This document shows, in pieces, positions 11,481-24,672 of a stretch of DNA of 39,166 nt. The DNA is taken from positions 153,332,243 through 153,371,408 of the forward strand of contig NC_068983.1 of NCBI RefSeq assembly GCF_001194135.2, given 5' to 3'. Both the position numbers and the translations under genes were made by a program. The DNA is from Octopus bimaculoides (Eukaryota). The notes under the pieces were generated by a model. That model was not told the origin of the DNA and did no database searches. It was given only the letters and a program-made list of their open reading frames with translations. Position 1 is the first letter of the stretch. Every line of letters starts with the position of its first letter.

Positions 11481-12894
11481 AATGATGGCGGCGAGGGTGG
11501 AGATGGTGGTGGTGTGTGGACAGTGAGGAGTGTAGTTTTTAAAATTTGGACCAAGATTTTTATATCACCTATCACTTATCGCATGCGCGTAATATTTCTG
11601 TGAAATAATCACGCTTATTGACCTGACAGATATATGCAGTTTAACTAAAGGTTGTATCATATGTACAGAATAGTGTTTCTTCAGTTTATGAGAGAAATGT
11701 AAACATAAGAGTGAATATTTATTCTATGAGTTTATCAGGTCTCTAAGTTTGTGCATAAAGTATATAAAGTGCATTAAGTAAACATCGTATTCCAATTTCT
11801 TTCACTTTTCAATGAGTAGCAGATAAGCGTCTATCCTTCCATACAGACACAAATAGGCTGCGCTTTCAGGTTTTCGGGATAAAATTTTCAGAAATAACGT
11901 AATAAGTTTACTATTAATTCCGTGATATATTCACGAGTCCCGTTAGTTATCAAATACTGGCAATAAATTGTAACATTTTTTGGCTCTTCGGAAAAAGAGA
12001 GCAGTGAATTCATTTGTTATCGCTCTTTAAGTATTTGATTTTACATTTATTTTCCTTCCTTTGTCGATGAAAGACTGGCCCTACCGCCACTACCACCATA
12101 AAATCGATCCCGTTGTTCCTGCATTACAGACAACTATTTTAATCTAATTTGTGAATTTGTGACTGCCAATTCGACATTGTATTCAAATCAGACACGATTC
12201 TTTGACGGGGATATTGGAAATGTAGATGTACATCGTATGGAGAGTTGAAAACTAATTTAGCCCATTTAATTATTCCATTTAATTTAAAATTAATTCTTAA
12301 TTCTAGTTGTGGTATGAGTGTCATTAAATGAAGAGGTGGATTCCTTTAATTTATTATAAATTTGACATGTACTCACTCAAGTAAATTGAGAACCGAAGAT
12401 ATTTTCATCTTATAACAGATAAATATTTTACGGAATTTGACATAATTTTAAATACGCAACATTTACCGTCTGAACATTATACTAAAAATCAATTAAAATA
12501 ACCACATACTGCGTTAGAGGTTCTTGATATGTTTAAGATATCTTAATATGTCTAACCTAAGAAGTTTACCTATAATGATTGACACATTCTCCAAGAAATA
12601 TGTAAATTTATTGATAAAAATGGAGGCAACAACAACTTTGTAAATAGATAAATGATATAGTTAAAATAACTAATGAACAAAGTGTCAATGAAATATGTTG
12701 ATATAAAATAATTCATCTTACTCATAAAGGACACAAGAATATATATAAATTACTTTACAGGTTTTAATATATATTCGCACTTACGAAACGAAATGAGATA
12801 AATGTACGGGCGAAAAGGGATGAATAAGAGTAGAAATGTATAAAAACATGGGAGAAAATACCTGTCTTGGAAAAATAATTCTATACTGCATAAA

Positions 12895-12926
<32 letters not shown>

Positions 12927-13160
12927 NNNNNNNNNNNNNNNNNNNNNNNNNNNNNNNNNNNNNNNNNNNNNNNNNNNNNNNNNNNNNNNNNNNNNNNNNN
13001 NNNNNNNNNNNNNNNNNNNNNNNNNNNNNNNNNNNNNNNNNNNNNNNNNNNNNNNNNNNNNNNNNNNNNNNNNNNNNNNNNNNNNNNNNNNNNNNNNNNN
13101 NNNNNNNNNNNNNNNNNNNNNNNNNNNNNNNNNNNNNNNNNNNNNNNNNNNNNNNNNNNN
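12927..13160. other. Assembly gap (234 N) preceded by (TA)n
   Basis: N run. Confidence 1.
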
Positions 13161-16100
13161 CCATAAACTGAAGAAACGCTATTCTGTACATTTAATTATT
13201 CCATTTAATTTAAAATTAATTCTTAATTCTAGTAGGAAAAAATAACGAATCTACACGACCTTGAGTAATTGTGGACGTGCGTTTCTAGATCAATGAGGTG
13301 TAAAAATATATTTACCCAAACCTATATCCTTCATCAGCACAATTTTTCAAAATTATAAATCCGAGAATGCTAATAAAAGAATAATTAATTCGGTCAGGCA
13401 ACTTCAAAATGATCATCCAAGAACAGCATTTCCGTATTTATATAGACGAGCGAGAAAATCGTATCATTCCTCAATTACCCCCGTGCGCTACGAGTAATCC
13501 CGCAGAAAACTGCAGTTTACTATCAGGGAGCAAATAAACTCATACAGACATTGGGTAAAAATTAATAATTAATTGATAATTAGTAATTTTACCAAGTAGT
13601 AACTATATGGGTATTAAACTAATTTTGAAATGAGATGTCACTACAGTTCATATCATCAGTGGATAAATTATAAAATTAATGATATCACCAGCAGTGAGAT
13701 ATGTGTATTGCAGGTGCAATAACATTACGTACCTATGAATTATAAATTTGCAGGAAGTGGATATTCTATATATATATATATATATATATATCTATATATA
13801 TACAAAATTTCATTTATTTTCTTATATATATGTGTATATATACATATGTATGCATATACATATATATCCATACGTGTATGTGTTTTTGTGCCTATAAGTA
13901 TATATAAATCTATAGTCACATCTTCACACGTTGTGGCGTTGCTATCTGAAATTGCATATTAAATGCTGTGCATGAGATTTATGTGAAACATTTGAATGAG
14001 ATACGTTAACTAAGAAAGCTTAGGCCTATCTCGGTGAAATATTTCGCTTAGATTAAATGCGGAAAAACTGCATTTGGTGAACATATCAGGGCTATGTACA
14101 GAGAGAAAGAGATAGAGTGAGAGAGTAAGTAAGAGGGAGAGAGAGTGATGGCGAGACCGGGAGAGATTATAATTGGGTGGTTGTGAAAGGAGGTACTCTT
14201 TAGGGAGATATTGATTCACCTGTACTGTGTATAGAATTAGCTTGATACCCATATAGTTACCAGTGTTAGTGAGTGTACCCTTGCTAAAATTGTAGCATGT
14301 TTCGAATATCTTGTATATACGTCCGTAAATAAAAACATGGTGAATTGGATGTCAGTTATATTTGCCGTATAAAGTACGGGACCATGATCTTTCTAAGCGT
14401 TTCGTTTGTTTTATTGTTTGTCAACTCTGAACGCAGTACAACCAGATGATTCTTCTTCACAATGACTGTGCGTCACCATAGCTCTGCTTCGACAACATGC
14501 CTTCAGAAGTCATTCATTTTTGTTTAGCTTAAGCTCAGTTGAACCTAGATATGTAACTGAAAATAGAGACAAAATCTTTGTGGAATTTCGACAGATTGTT
14601 TGTACTTTTTCATTCAACAGCCTTGGTTTATCACACAAATCGTAAAGTTGATTCTGTCTGTACAATACATCAGGGATAATGTCCGTGGAATTCTCAGTCA
14701 CACATCCGATAACTTAGAAAACACTTAACAAAGGGTCAGGTATTCTGACTGTGGTATGAGGTAGGTTTGAAGTGCCGACCGAGTAGCACTGAACTTGAAT
14801 GAGAAGAGTAAGGTTGAAGTTAAGACAAAATAATTCAAGGTGAAGGAAGATCTGTGAAAGATTAAAACATATTGCGATGTACACTGCGCAGATATGTACG
14901 TAAATACATAGACACATGCATGCATACATACACACACGCAGGCACACATGCACTCACACATACACGCACACACACACAACCAAGAATCTGTTAGAACGCT
15001 GAGGAAACAAAGGAGAAATGGGTGTGAGGAATATGTAGCATTAGAAGAGAGGGGAAGGTTGATAAGTTGACAACAGGTCTTCTATCCGTCGCAAAGAAAC
15101 ACATGGACAAAGACACACTTACGCAGGCACTCACACGTACACCCACACACTCACCCACACAGTCACATGTTTCTATGACGTAACTGAACAAGCGATGTGA
15201 AGCGATCGAACGTGCATGTAAATAATAATGTATAACATTTTTTTGTGCCTTTTGTCACTAAGTGTAATTTCCTCTTTGCTTCTATTCAGAAATAAAAGAA
15301 AATGACATCTATTCTCTTCAAACTTTGCTGTTGCGATCTAGACATAAATGCTTAAACACTGACAATTTTTCTATTACATTTCAGACAGATTCAGTGCTGA
15401 TTTGCTGATGCAGAAATATCGTTATAGCAAATTTTCTGCTTAATACCACAGATTTTCTGCCACTTTCTTGACCTTAAACACGTGAGGATGTCCCTTTGTG
15501 GCTCACAATATGTGCATCTCAGACCTTGAGCAGTAGTAATGGGGGAGTGCCGAAAGGGATTCTTTGGCATTTGAATAAATGCAACAAAAGCTAATTTTGA
15601 AGGAAATATTTTCTTGGGGTAAAGAAATGGGAAATAACAGTTGTTAGACAAGGAAACAAAGTCGCGGATGCAGTGCCATTCAGCGTAATTGCAAAGAATT
15701 GCACAAATCGGTCCTGGTCAAGAGGTGTATTCGTAGAGGAAGACATGGTGTGACTCGGAATAAAAGAAAGTAATTGTGAAAATCGCCCGGCAGCGACGGG
15801 CTGCTCAACTAATTAATACTATAGTCTTAGTAAGACGGTTGATCAAACATTGATAAACACATCTTCCAAACCGACAAAGATCCACTTAGTTACTTTACTA
15901 GTTATTATTAATATTACTTGTCGCTAGTATACGTGCTGACGAGAATAGCTGAATTGAAAAGTGATATTTTGGAAGAGCTTTGTTTTGTGTGCTATACTGA
16001 GTTAAGGGGAGGAATACAAAAATATCGATGAATTCTTGGCTGGTGTTTTAGAAGAGAGATCAGTACAATAATTTCAGAAGGTTAGTAAATACAACCTTGG

Positions 16101-16881
16101 TAAGAAAACGAACGTTTATCATTTATATAAGGTAAAAAGAGACCTAAATAGTAAAGGAAGCCATACTTTACTGGTAGCAGAACTGCCAATGTTCTGCATT
16201 TTTTTCTATTTGTTTACTTTCACTCAGCTGTGTTTGGAAAGAGCTATGGTCCACATCTCTTTAGCCATGACATTCCTCTCAATTTATATATTTAGAGATA
16301 CGTTTCTCCATATTTAACGCGGTTGGATACGTTTTGAGGGAGGATTGTATGTTCTTTCTAGTATGTTTGGTTCACTTAGCAGGTATTGCAGTGACGGGTG
16401 GGGAAATTCACACAATTTTGAGAGATGATTGTTTTCATAATCTCTTTGAAAGTTATGCTTGCCGACTGTCTCAGAATCCTTAAATAAATATGAAATAAAG
16501 TACACATTTATTTACTTATTCTTTCAACGAAAAGCTCATAATAAAAGAGCAATAGGCCTGAGTTATATCCTGTCCTTATCAACAAAAGGGATATGAAATT
16601 AGTTTATGTCGAATATTGATTTTTGTCTCTCTTATCGTATAATTACTTTTACTTAGCTGTTAAAGTCTCATGCATGATTGAATGAAAAATATATAAAGAG
16701 ATAGTTCTAGGTGAATGATGTACCGGAAGTAACAGTTTAGCCATCCGACTTTTATAAGAATATATTGTTTAAATAAAACATGCTACAGAAAAACATATGG
16801 AAACTTGAATCATATATATTTAAGGCAGCAATGATTTTGAGTCCAATTTATTAGAAAAGTAAAGAATTTTCATAAGTAACA

Positions 16882-17278
16882 TAGGCATGACTTCGTGAAA
16901 AAATGTGTTTCCTACCCACATGGTTCCCGGTTCAGTCCCACTACGTGTCACCTTGCGGTAGAGTTTTCTTCTACAGCCTCGGACCGACGAAAGCCGTCTC
17001 CGTGGATATGGTAGACGGAAACTAAGAGAAGCCCGTCATATACATATATGTGTGGGTGCGTGTGTGTATGCGTGGGTGTGTGTGTGTGTGTGCGTGTTTG
17101 AGTGTTTATCCCACGTGACCACTTGAAACCTGTATTGATTCGTTTACGTCCCATAATTTTGCGGTAGAATGAATACGAATTTTAACAATATAAACACTGA
17201 CTCTTTCGACTAAAATATTTCAAGGTGATATCCCAGGGTTGCCGCAGTCTCATGATCAAAACAAAAGATGATTAAAGA
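16882..17278 (+). mobile_element. SINE family A, near full-length diverged copy (tRNA-like head, central TA/TG microsatellite, 3' part)
   Basis: B-box-like ggttcagtccc at 16929-16939. The body (gtcaccttg...gacggaaac...gaagcccgtcatata) aligns with 38757-38918 and with the reverse complement of 31310-31475. The 3' part aligns with 37500-37595 and with 2801-2848. Confidence 0.85.
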
Positions 17279-19329
17279 TAAGGAATTATAGCAGTGTGGT
17301 AAATAGTATATATGATATTTGGGCAGTTGATCAGTCCGTGTTCATTTATGTACTAGGGTTTACTTATTCAATGTTGTACACATTGTGTAGGGTGAACATA
17401 AAATTAAACCCCAATGACATTTAATAAGAATTAGACATTCGGCACCCTGCCTCCCCCGAATTAGGCTGAACATAGAATTTAAATGCTCGGGTTAAAATAT
17501 CTCCCGTTCTTAGCAACTGTCACTAAAATAAATGCCTACTTTTAATTTATTGCATGTAGTCGCGTGTTTGTGTCATTTTTGTTTCGTCTAGGTGTATTAC
17601 AATGCGCTTATGTGCAAAATATGTGCTCTTGAGTGGGAGCTTGTGATTTTGAGATATTCCTGTTAGACGTTTCTGCATCCAAAACAATCCCTATTAATCT
17701 TAGAAGTTTTAGAAAATAAGAATAAATCTAACATTTCAATAAAACATTGATTGGCTCTGTTGAATGTATTTTATATTTATTTACGTTTTTTAATTTATTT
17801 TTTTGTTTGTCACAGTTAAATCGTTAAGGATTACAATGTATAGACACCGAAAAGTTCTGTTTATTTGTTTTTAAACGATTTTAGTTTTAAGTAATTAACA
17901 AATACGGAATAGATTATCAGTTTGAAAGCGCGAATAAGATTCAATCTTTTCATTCCACAGCATTCATAAGAAGAGAAGTAGACTTTAATGACTTGGCTAC
18001 ACAAAGGAGTCCAACTCTATAGTAGTCTCCTCATCAGAAAGTAAATAAAATAAATCATTTCCTCAAGTCACTTTCACTAACCAAGCTGTCTACATGTGTG
18101 CGGAGTATTGTTCTGTTTAACGTCTACTGTTTGTGAATTATTGATCCAAACCAGAGACTTCTAAATCTTTCAAATTTAAATTAACTGAACGATAAACTTC
18201 CCAGCTGTACATAATTCACTGAATTTACTTGCTACCTTCTTGAGTGTTTATTTTACCAGTTAACGTTCTTCTGAATAGAGTGTGTATTTCATTATATTTT
18301 GCTACTTTCCAGTACCTTGACTGTGAATAGCTTAACTTGAGCTGATGTTAGCTAGAACGATATTGGGAACAAGCAAATACGTGAGATAAACTAAGATATT
18401 TTCAACAAGCAAACAAAATAAACAGGATATAAAGTAAAAATGCATGTTAGAGTTCTCGGTAAACGGATTACCTGACGTGATTCTGGATTGAAGCCATATC
18501 ACATTAATTACGCATTCATTGCCCTTAAGAAAGGCATTTGATTTACAATGCAAGTTTCCTAACCTAGAAATAAATTGGAAGCCATGTTACTTGTTAAAAA
18601 GAAACCTTATTATTTGTAAATTCTATCACTGTTAACATACAATTTTCAGCTATGGCTGCACATTATATATTATAAATATATTCAAGAACCACAGTACGTT
18701 TCATATATATCACTTCTGTCATTGTGAGAATTACGTCTTTCCCAGTATTATAATCCACTTCCATTCTATATACAGAGCGTTTTCTATTAAGTCAAAATAA
18801 TTTTTATTTTCAACGATTATTACATATGAATCCTCCAAATTTACACAAACACAGGATCAAATCACTCGTATTATGTATTCTGCTTTATGGACTTTTCAAC
18901 ATTATTGTTATACCTTGTATTTAACTGAATATTTCTTTTAGCCTTTCATATACGTAGATTAAAGGAAACATGAAAATGCTGATATAAGCAAAATATCAGA
19001 TTAAAACAAATCTTCGTCTGTTCAAAAATACGAAGTTAAAGATGTATTTACAATGAAAAGAAATGAATGATTTATGCGCAAAATAGAAGCAGCACCAAAC
19101 ATCACTATTACCATCACGAATCAGTTACATCATATAACAGACCTGCAATGGATATGTATGACACTGGTAATGGAACATATTAGATATATTCTGCCAATTA
19201 TAACTACATGTATATATACATACATACACACGCGCAGTTTTTTTTTTATTTAAAGCTGTACCTCTTTGCAAATATAGCTACATGTAATAGAATATACTAG
19301 TTTGTTAATTTTTATACTGAGAAAACCAA

Positions 19330-20436
19330 AGGCTACTCGCAAGACTCCAACCACACATCTTTTCCAATGAGAAAAGCACTTGCCAGTTTCGCCAGAGTAA
19401 CCTTTATACTCTGTCCCATGAATCTAGATGATTTAGAATCAAAAGCAAAACCTTCAACTACATTTTAGAATAGTGTAGTTCGGCTTTGAAGATAGCTGAA
19501 CAGCAAAAGGTCTTCAGGGTAGTAACACCATCAGGCAAGTGACTCGGCTCTTAACTTCTTACATTCGAAGTCTCTTCCGTGAAATGCTTGGCGCATCGAC
19601 AACAGTTACATTTCCTTGTGAAACTTCTTAAACAATTCACAAACCCTGTGGGACAAACAGGTTTGCGAAATATTATTCACAAAACATTTAGATTCACAGT
19701 ATTCAAAACCTTGGTAACATCTACAAAGATCTGATACATTTGTAAACTATATTTAAAACATTTGTCCAGTTACTGCCGCTCAATGCCTGAACGCAATTTG
19801 ACTTTTTGGTGGAACTGAGAGACAGATCTAGATCAATAATCTAATAAGAAATAATTTGCCAAGAATCATAGCAACGGCTTCAAGTACACTGATAACACAA
19901 TGGTCGTTGCATATTCCTTTAGATGATTTGACCTTGCTCAAGGATACCATGATTATATCTATAATATCATGGAGCATAACACCTCCCTTCCAGATTCGCA
20001 ATATCTGATGATCTGCGAAGTAATACTGTAGCCTCTATATCTCGAAAGCTCAGATGGATTCGAAACCAGACCAGCATCTTCCCTGTTATTAATTCTTATA
20101 ATTACCAATGTTACTGCAGTCAATGTAGATAAATTCATTATCTCTGCAATTACGTCCGTCTGGTCGAGACTTCTGTTTATCTCTTAATCGATTTTTGAGG
20201 GATTATGAAACAAAACAGTGAAATTTTTCCCCCATCACCTCATAATACAATCAGTATCCTAATACAAAGTACGACACGTATCATGTAGAGGTGCAGAATT
20301 CTTCCGAATCCCTCCCATTCCATGAACTTTGAGTTTCTGAAGAGATAATAAGCCACGACTTTTTCTTTCATTCTTCACGTTTCTTCTTGCAATGTTTCTT
20401 TCCATTGCTTGAAAAAGGCTTTACCTTCTGGTATCT
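19330..20436 (-). mobile_element. Decayed RTE-clade LINE, reverse transcriptase N-terminal half
   Basis: Minus-strand translation: NNREDAGLVSNPSELSRYRG; GICNDHCVISVLEAVAMILGKLFLIRL (cf. CxNYRGISLLSIAGKILARILLNRL); VPPKSQIAFR (cf. LPESQCGFR); QIFVDVTKVLNTVNLNVL*IIFRKPVCPTGFVNCLRSF (cf. FVDLTKAFDTVxRxxLWxILxKxGCPxKF); EPSHLPDGV (cf. PFxVxNGVKQG). Order and spacing are colinear, with many stops. Confidence 0.85.
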
Positions 20437-20459
20437 TTGCCAGACTCGCTTGAAATAAT

Positions 20460-20602
20460 TTACATACCTACACACATGTATGCATACTCTCATATACCCA
20501 TGCGTGCGTACATATGTCTACATACAAACATATATCCATACGTATACACATACACACACATACATGCACACACACACACACACACACATGCACACACATG
20601 TA
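20460..20602. repeat. (CA)/(TA) microsatellite
   Basis: Direct reading. Confidence 0.9.
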
Positions 20603-21400
20603 TACCAGTTGCGAGATGTATTTCAGAACATACCTGGTAATTTAATAAAATTACTTGTATTTTAATAAAAGAAAATTATGCACATGTCCGCAATAAGCTT
20701 TCTTACCAGATTATTTCATGAATCCGAGTAAAGTTTCAATGACTGTTTCAGTGCGGAAACAGGATCGATGTATGACTACAATATGTTATATTTATTCAAT
20801 TCGTAAATCATCTTGAAAGTGGGATCCTTCAGTGAAGATACGGTATTGCATGATTATCGATTAGTCTCTCTTTGAAAAACGCTCCGAACTTACTAGTCCT
20901 TGGGACTTAAATCTGGTATGTTTGGTGTTTCATAATCGAAAAGATTGTCTGACAGGCATTCTTTACTTACGTGGTCTTTGATATCAGTATATTCTTCACA
21001 TAACTATCGGTCATTTCTCCTTTTAGATGTTTTGCGTTGGTAGAAAATTCTCTAGTCAGAGAAGAATCAAAGCACGATATATACGGAAGAAATTTTAAAC
21101 TTGTTAAAAGACCGCTAGGCACGGACATTCCTGTGTCGTTGCAGATACAATTTGACCTATTTGCATCCAATATCCTCGTGCACCACAATTCTCATAGACC
21201 ACTTCGACAGGTTAATTTCTTTAGCGCGGTGATCTTCATTGACTTATCGTGATGAACATCATTAATATTTTCCATTGCATGAACTTCGGTATCTTTAAAG
21301 TGTCCAAAAGTCTTCAATGATTTCTTTTTCTTTTTCCTTTTGATACAGTATGAACATGATTGAAACTAGATCAACATTTTAATTTGTTATTCGTGATGGT
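20603..21400 (-). mobile_element. Possible upstream (APE endonuclease/linker) part of the same RTE LINE
   Basis: Weak colinear echoes only: CLSDNLF / SFRL*NTKHT (cf. ITNTxFRLxxRxKT), RLIDNHAI (cf. HLIDYVI), PGMF*NTSRNWY (cf. LGxxxRKHQDWF). Highly eroded. Confidence 0.4.
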
Positions 21401-22020
21401 TCGGGAAGAAATTTGTCGTGCCAAAATTTATTTCGTTAACTTATCCTAGCAATTACATAATATCTGATCTGTGAAATATAACTCATATACATGTACGGCA
21501 GCGTGTGTATGTGCGTGTTGATACTGAATGGTATAAAAAACGTGTTTGATCAGTTGTATGACAAATGTGCTTGGTAATCTTAAAAAATATTGGCTCTTGT
21601 ACTCGAAGCAGTTTCGGTAATCCACCGTATGCACATGCACATGCTACATAAAACACCAACTTAGCTTGTTTTCAAATAAGTTTTATCCGATACTACAGTC
21701 GATATTCAGCAAATATGTTAAATACTGCTATCATAAAATCTGTTATTGTGTCTCTCTCTCTCTCTTTGTCTCTCTTAATACTTGTGCAAGACCTGAACAT
21801 GATATAAACTAGTTATAGTCAAATAAAATTGAATTTGCTAAGCATTTTATATCAATTTCGAATTGATGCAAAAGGCTGGAGTTAAAAATAAATTTAATAA
21901 AATTTCTTATCGTATTTCACGACTAAAGGAAATTATGACAGCATCTTCAACATTTATCATATTTTAATGCACCGGGCATATCTGAACGAGGAATAATATT
22001 AATTTCTATTGTCTCTGCGT

Positions 22021-22025
22021 TTGTA

Positions 22026-22083
<58 letters not shown>

Positions 22084-22160
22084 NNNNNNNNNNNNNNNNN
22101 NNNNNNNNNNNNNNNNNNNNNNNNNNNNNNNNNNNNNNNNNNNNNNNNNNNNNNNNNNNN
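22021..22160. repeat. (TG)n microsatellite running into a 77-N gap (22084-22160)
   Basis: Direct reading. Confidence 0.95.
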
Positions 22161-23105
22161 AATAACTATTGCAAGGTGTCAAACGTGTCTACATTTATGT
22201 TTATATTTGTGGACGTCTGAGCGAATTAGCAAGTCATAAATATAGATTAAATAATAAGTTATTATTTCTCGTTTAATGTTTTATGTATGTATGTATACAT
22301 GTATGTCTGCATTTATGTGTGCATGTATGTATGTATATATGTATGTATGTGTAATCCACATTATATTACATTAAATCACATAAGGTCAGTGGGGTTACCA
22401 ATAACGATAGAACGCTAGACAAAATGCCACACAGAATTTAGTGTCGAGTGTCTTTCTTGTGCTTAGAGGTTCTTAGATACTCTTATATCATAGTTGTTAA
22501 CACAATTTACTGCTGCAGAGTTAGAAAAGTTGGGAGAGAAATGAGTAAATAGCATTTTGTATTTGGTTTTAATCATTTGGTTTCTGAGTTCAAATCCAAG
22601 TCTCCAAGTGGGAGACCAGAATTAACTGATGCCAACGGCACTGTAAAACTAACAAATTGCTGTCATTGACAATTAAATTTCCTTCTGTAGGAAATCTTAT
22701 CTGCTATAATCATATGAAATCTGCTTAAATTTTCAAGAAGCTATGATTTCACAAATTCTTCGGATCTAGAAAGTATTGGCTAGCATAAAAAGAACATTTA
22801 GTTAGTAAAGACAACTGCATAAATAAGGATTATTCATAAATGTTGATAAGTTTTATTGCATTGATGAACGAAAAATGATCGGTTGGAGTTGTTACCCTTC
22901 AACGGTTTATGAAAATACGGCGTTTAAGCTCATCAACATACCTGAATGAAAAGAGAAATATTGCCACAGATGTGAATGCATGTTGTTTTACATAACTTTT
23001 TCAAGAGTTAGGTATCTATCATGTTAAATCCTATCCTAAGAGAAATTGCACACAATATATATTTTAGATTCCAAAATCTGTGTTTGCTTCTTTGTCCTGT
23101 GTAAA

Positions 23106-23178
23106 TGAGTAGATAAAAATATAAAACTGAGTAGATAAAAATATGAAACTGAATAGATACAAATATGAAACTGAATAG
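23106..23178. repeat. 22-bp minisatellite, about 3.3 copies
   Basis: tgagtagataaaaatataaaac / tgagtagataaaaatatgaaac / tgaatagatacaaatatgaaac / tgaatag. Confidence 0.9.
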
Positions 23179-23459
23179 TCCGATAAATAAGGCACATTCA
23201 AAGAACATTTAAGTTTCGTTAGTGGATGTTGTAGATATTCCATTAAAATTAAGTTCATGTCGAGAATGATACTTCAATGAAATGGATCCCTGAAATTTTC
23301 AATTAAGCGAACATTGTTATAATAACATTCTGTGTCAGAAGACATAAATGTTGTTGCTCGTTTCAATTTCGATAACTTATGGCAGATTTTAATACTGTAT
23401 CCTACAAACGGCGTATCCTGTTTCACCTTCGGTTTGTTAAATTCCTCATTTCTCTTGTT

Positions 23460-23640
23460 ACACACACGCAGTCACACACATATACACACATACACTCTCT
23501 CTCTCTCTCACTCTGTCTCTCTCACTCTGTCTCTCTCACTCTGTCTCTCTCTCACTCTCTCTCTCTCTCTCACACACACACATGCACACACACATGCACA
23601 CACACACACACCACATGCGCGTACACATTCTCACACACAA
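23460..23640. repeat. Compound (CA)-(CT)-(CA) microsatellite
   Basis: Direct reading. Confidence 0.9.
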
Positions 23641-24339
23641 ATGTATATATATGAATATCCGAAATTCATAAAAAACCTCCTCCGCTGCTTAATTTTTTCT
23701 GCGGGGCATAAAGTACATCCATGTAGTTTAAAATGATTACTTGATCTGTATATATGTTTCTACAATAAAACCCTTTTATTAACATGGTTGGTCCCGCTCA
23801 TTGCTGAGTCTTTATTCTACATGGGTCACATTTACTATTCATTATTCTGACGTCGATTTAATATATATTCTAATAATTGCCTTTAGTCGGTACACTCGAC
23901 TATACACAGAACTATGAATAGAAATATATTTTCTAGAAGCATGGTGCGATAAATGAATAGAGAATATATGGCATGAGCATATGTATGTGCATATACGAAT
24001 AGACCATTGCACGTGAGCATGGGAATGAAACATATAGAGAATGGCAAACACACAAATACACACACACATACAGAGGCAAACACACACATACGTGAACGTA
24101 TGTATATGTGCTTGTACCCATATAAGTGTACATGCACTTATATAACGATGTTGTAATATTCGTGTGGTGTAGTATTAAATGTGGACAGTATACATTCGGG
24201 AATTGTAATTCGTAAGATGAATTAAATACTGGGCTAGTCAGCTATCCGGTTTTATTACATTACTGTCAGAAAAATACTGGACGTTCTTTTCAACTATAAC
24301 ATAACCACACCATTCTCTCTTCATCAAACCAAACTCACA

Positions 24340-24636
24340 CGCTTTAATACTTCTATTGTCTCTCTCAGTCTCTCTATATATGATTCTCATTTCATTTACG
24401 CTTCTCCCTCTTCCTCTCCCTCTCTATTTCTCTCGCTTTCTCTCTCTCTATCTGTTTCTCACATTTCCATATTGTTTCTTTCGGCTTGATATTTCACTCT
24501 TACTAATCTCTCATTGCATATACCACTCTAGATGCATGCTAGACATACTAAACTTTTATTCTCTCCCAGTCCAATCTACTCTCTGTGGTCTTATTATACT
24601 TTTCTCTCTCAAACATCAGTTCTTTGCCTCAGAACA

Positions 24637-24672
<36 letters not shown>

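Noticed and set aside
13295-13496. About 66 open codons without ATG (…RIINSVRQLQNDHPRTAFPYLYRR…)
   Set aside because: No recognisable domain or convincing splice sites, and the length is attainable by chance.
14330-14701. ORF with FSVTYLGSTEL (PTB-like) on the minus strand and ILLHND (mariner-like) on the plus strand
   Set aside because: Each is a single short motif with immediate stops and no colinear second anchor, so neither reading is supportable.
15391-15830. GC-richer patch with minus-strand ORFs of 53 and 86 aa
   Set aside because: No recognisable homology or exon structure. It may be a conserved non-coding element or an old repeat, which is undecidable here.
18004-18037. CTGATGA followed by a GGAG/CTCC stem on the minus strand
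   Set aside because: There is no GAAA box after stem II (reads TTTG), so it is not a hammerhead.
23106-23178. Regularly spaced repeats considered as a CRISPR-like array
   Set aside because: The units are contiguous without spacers, the context is eukaryotic, and there are no cas genes.
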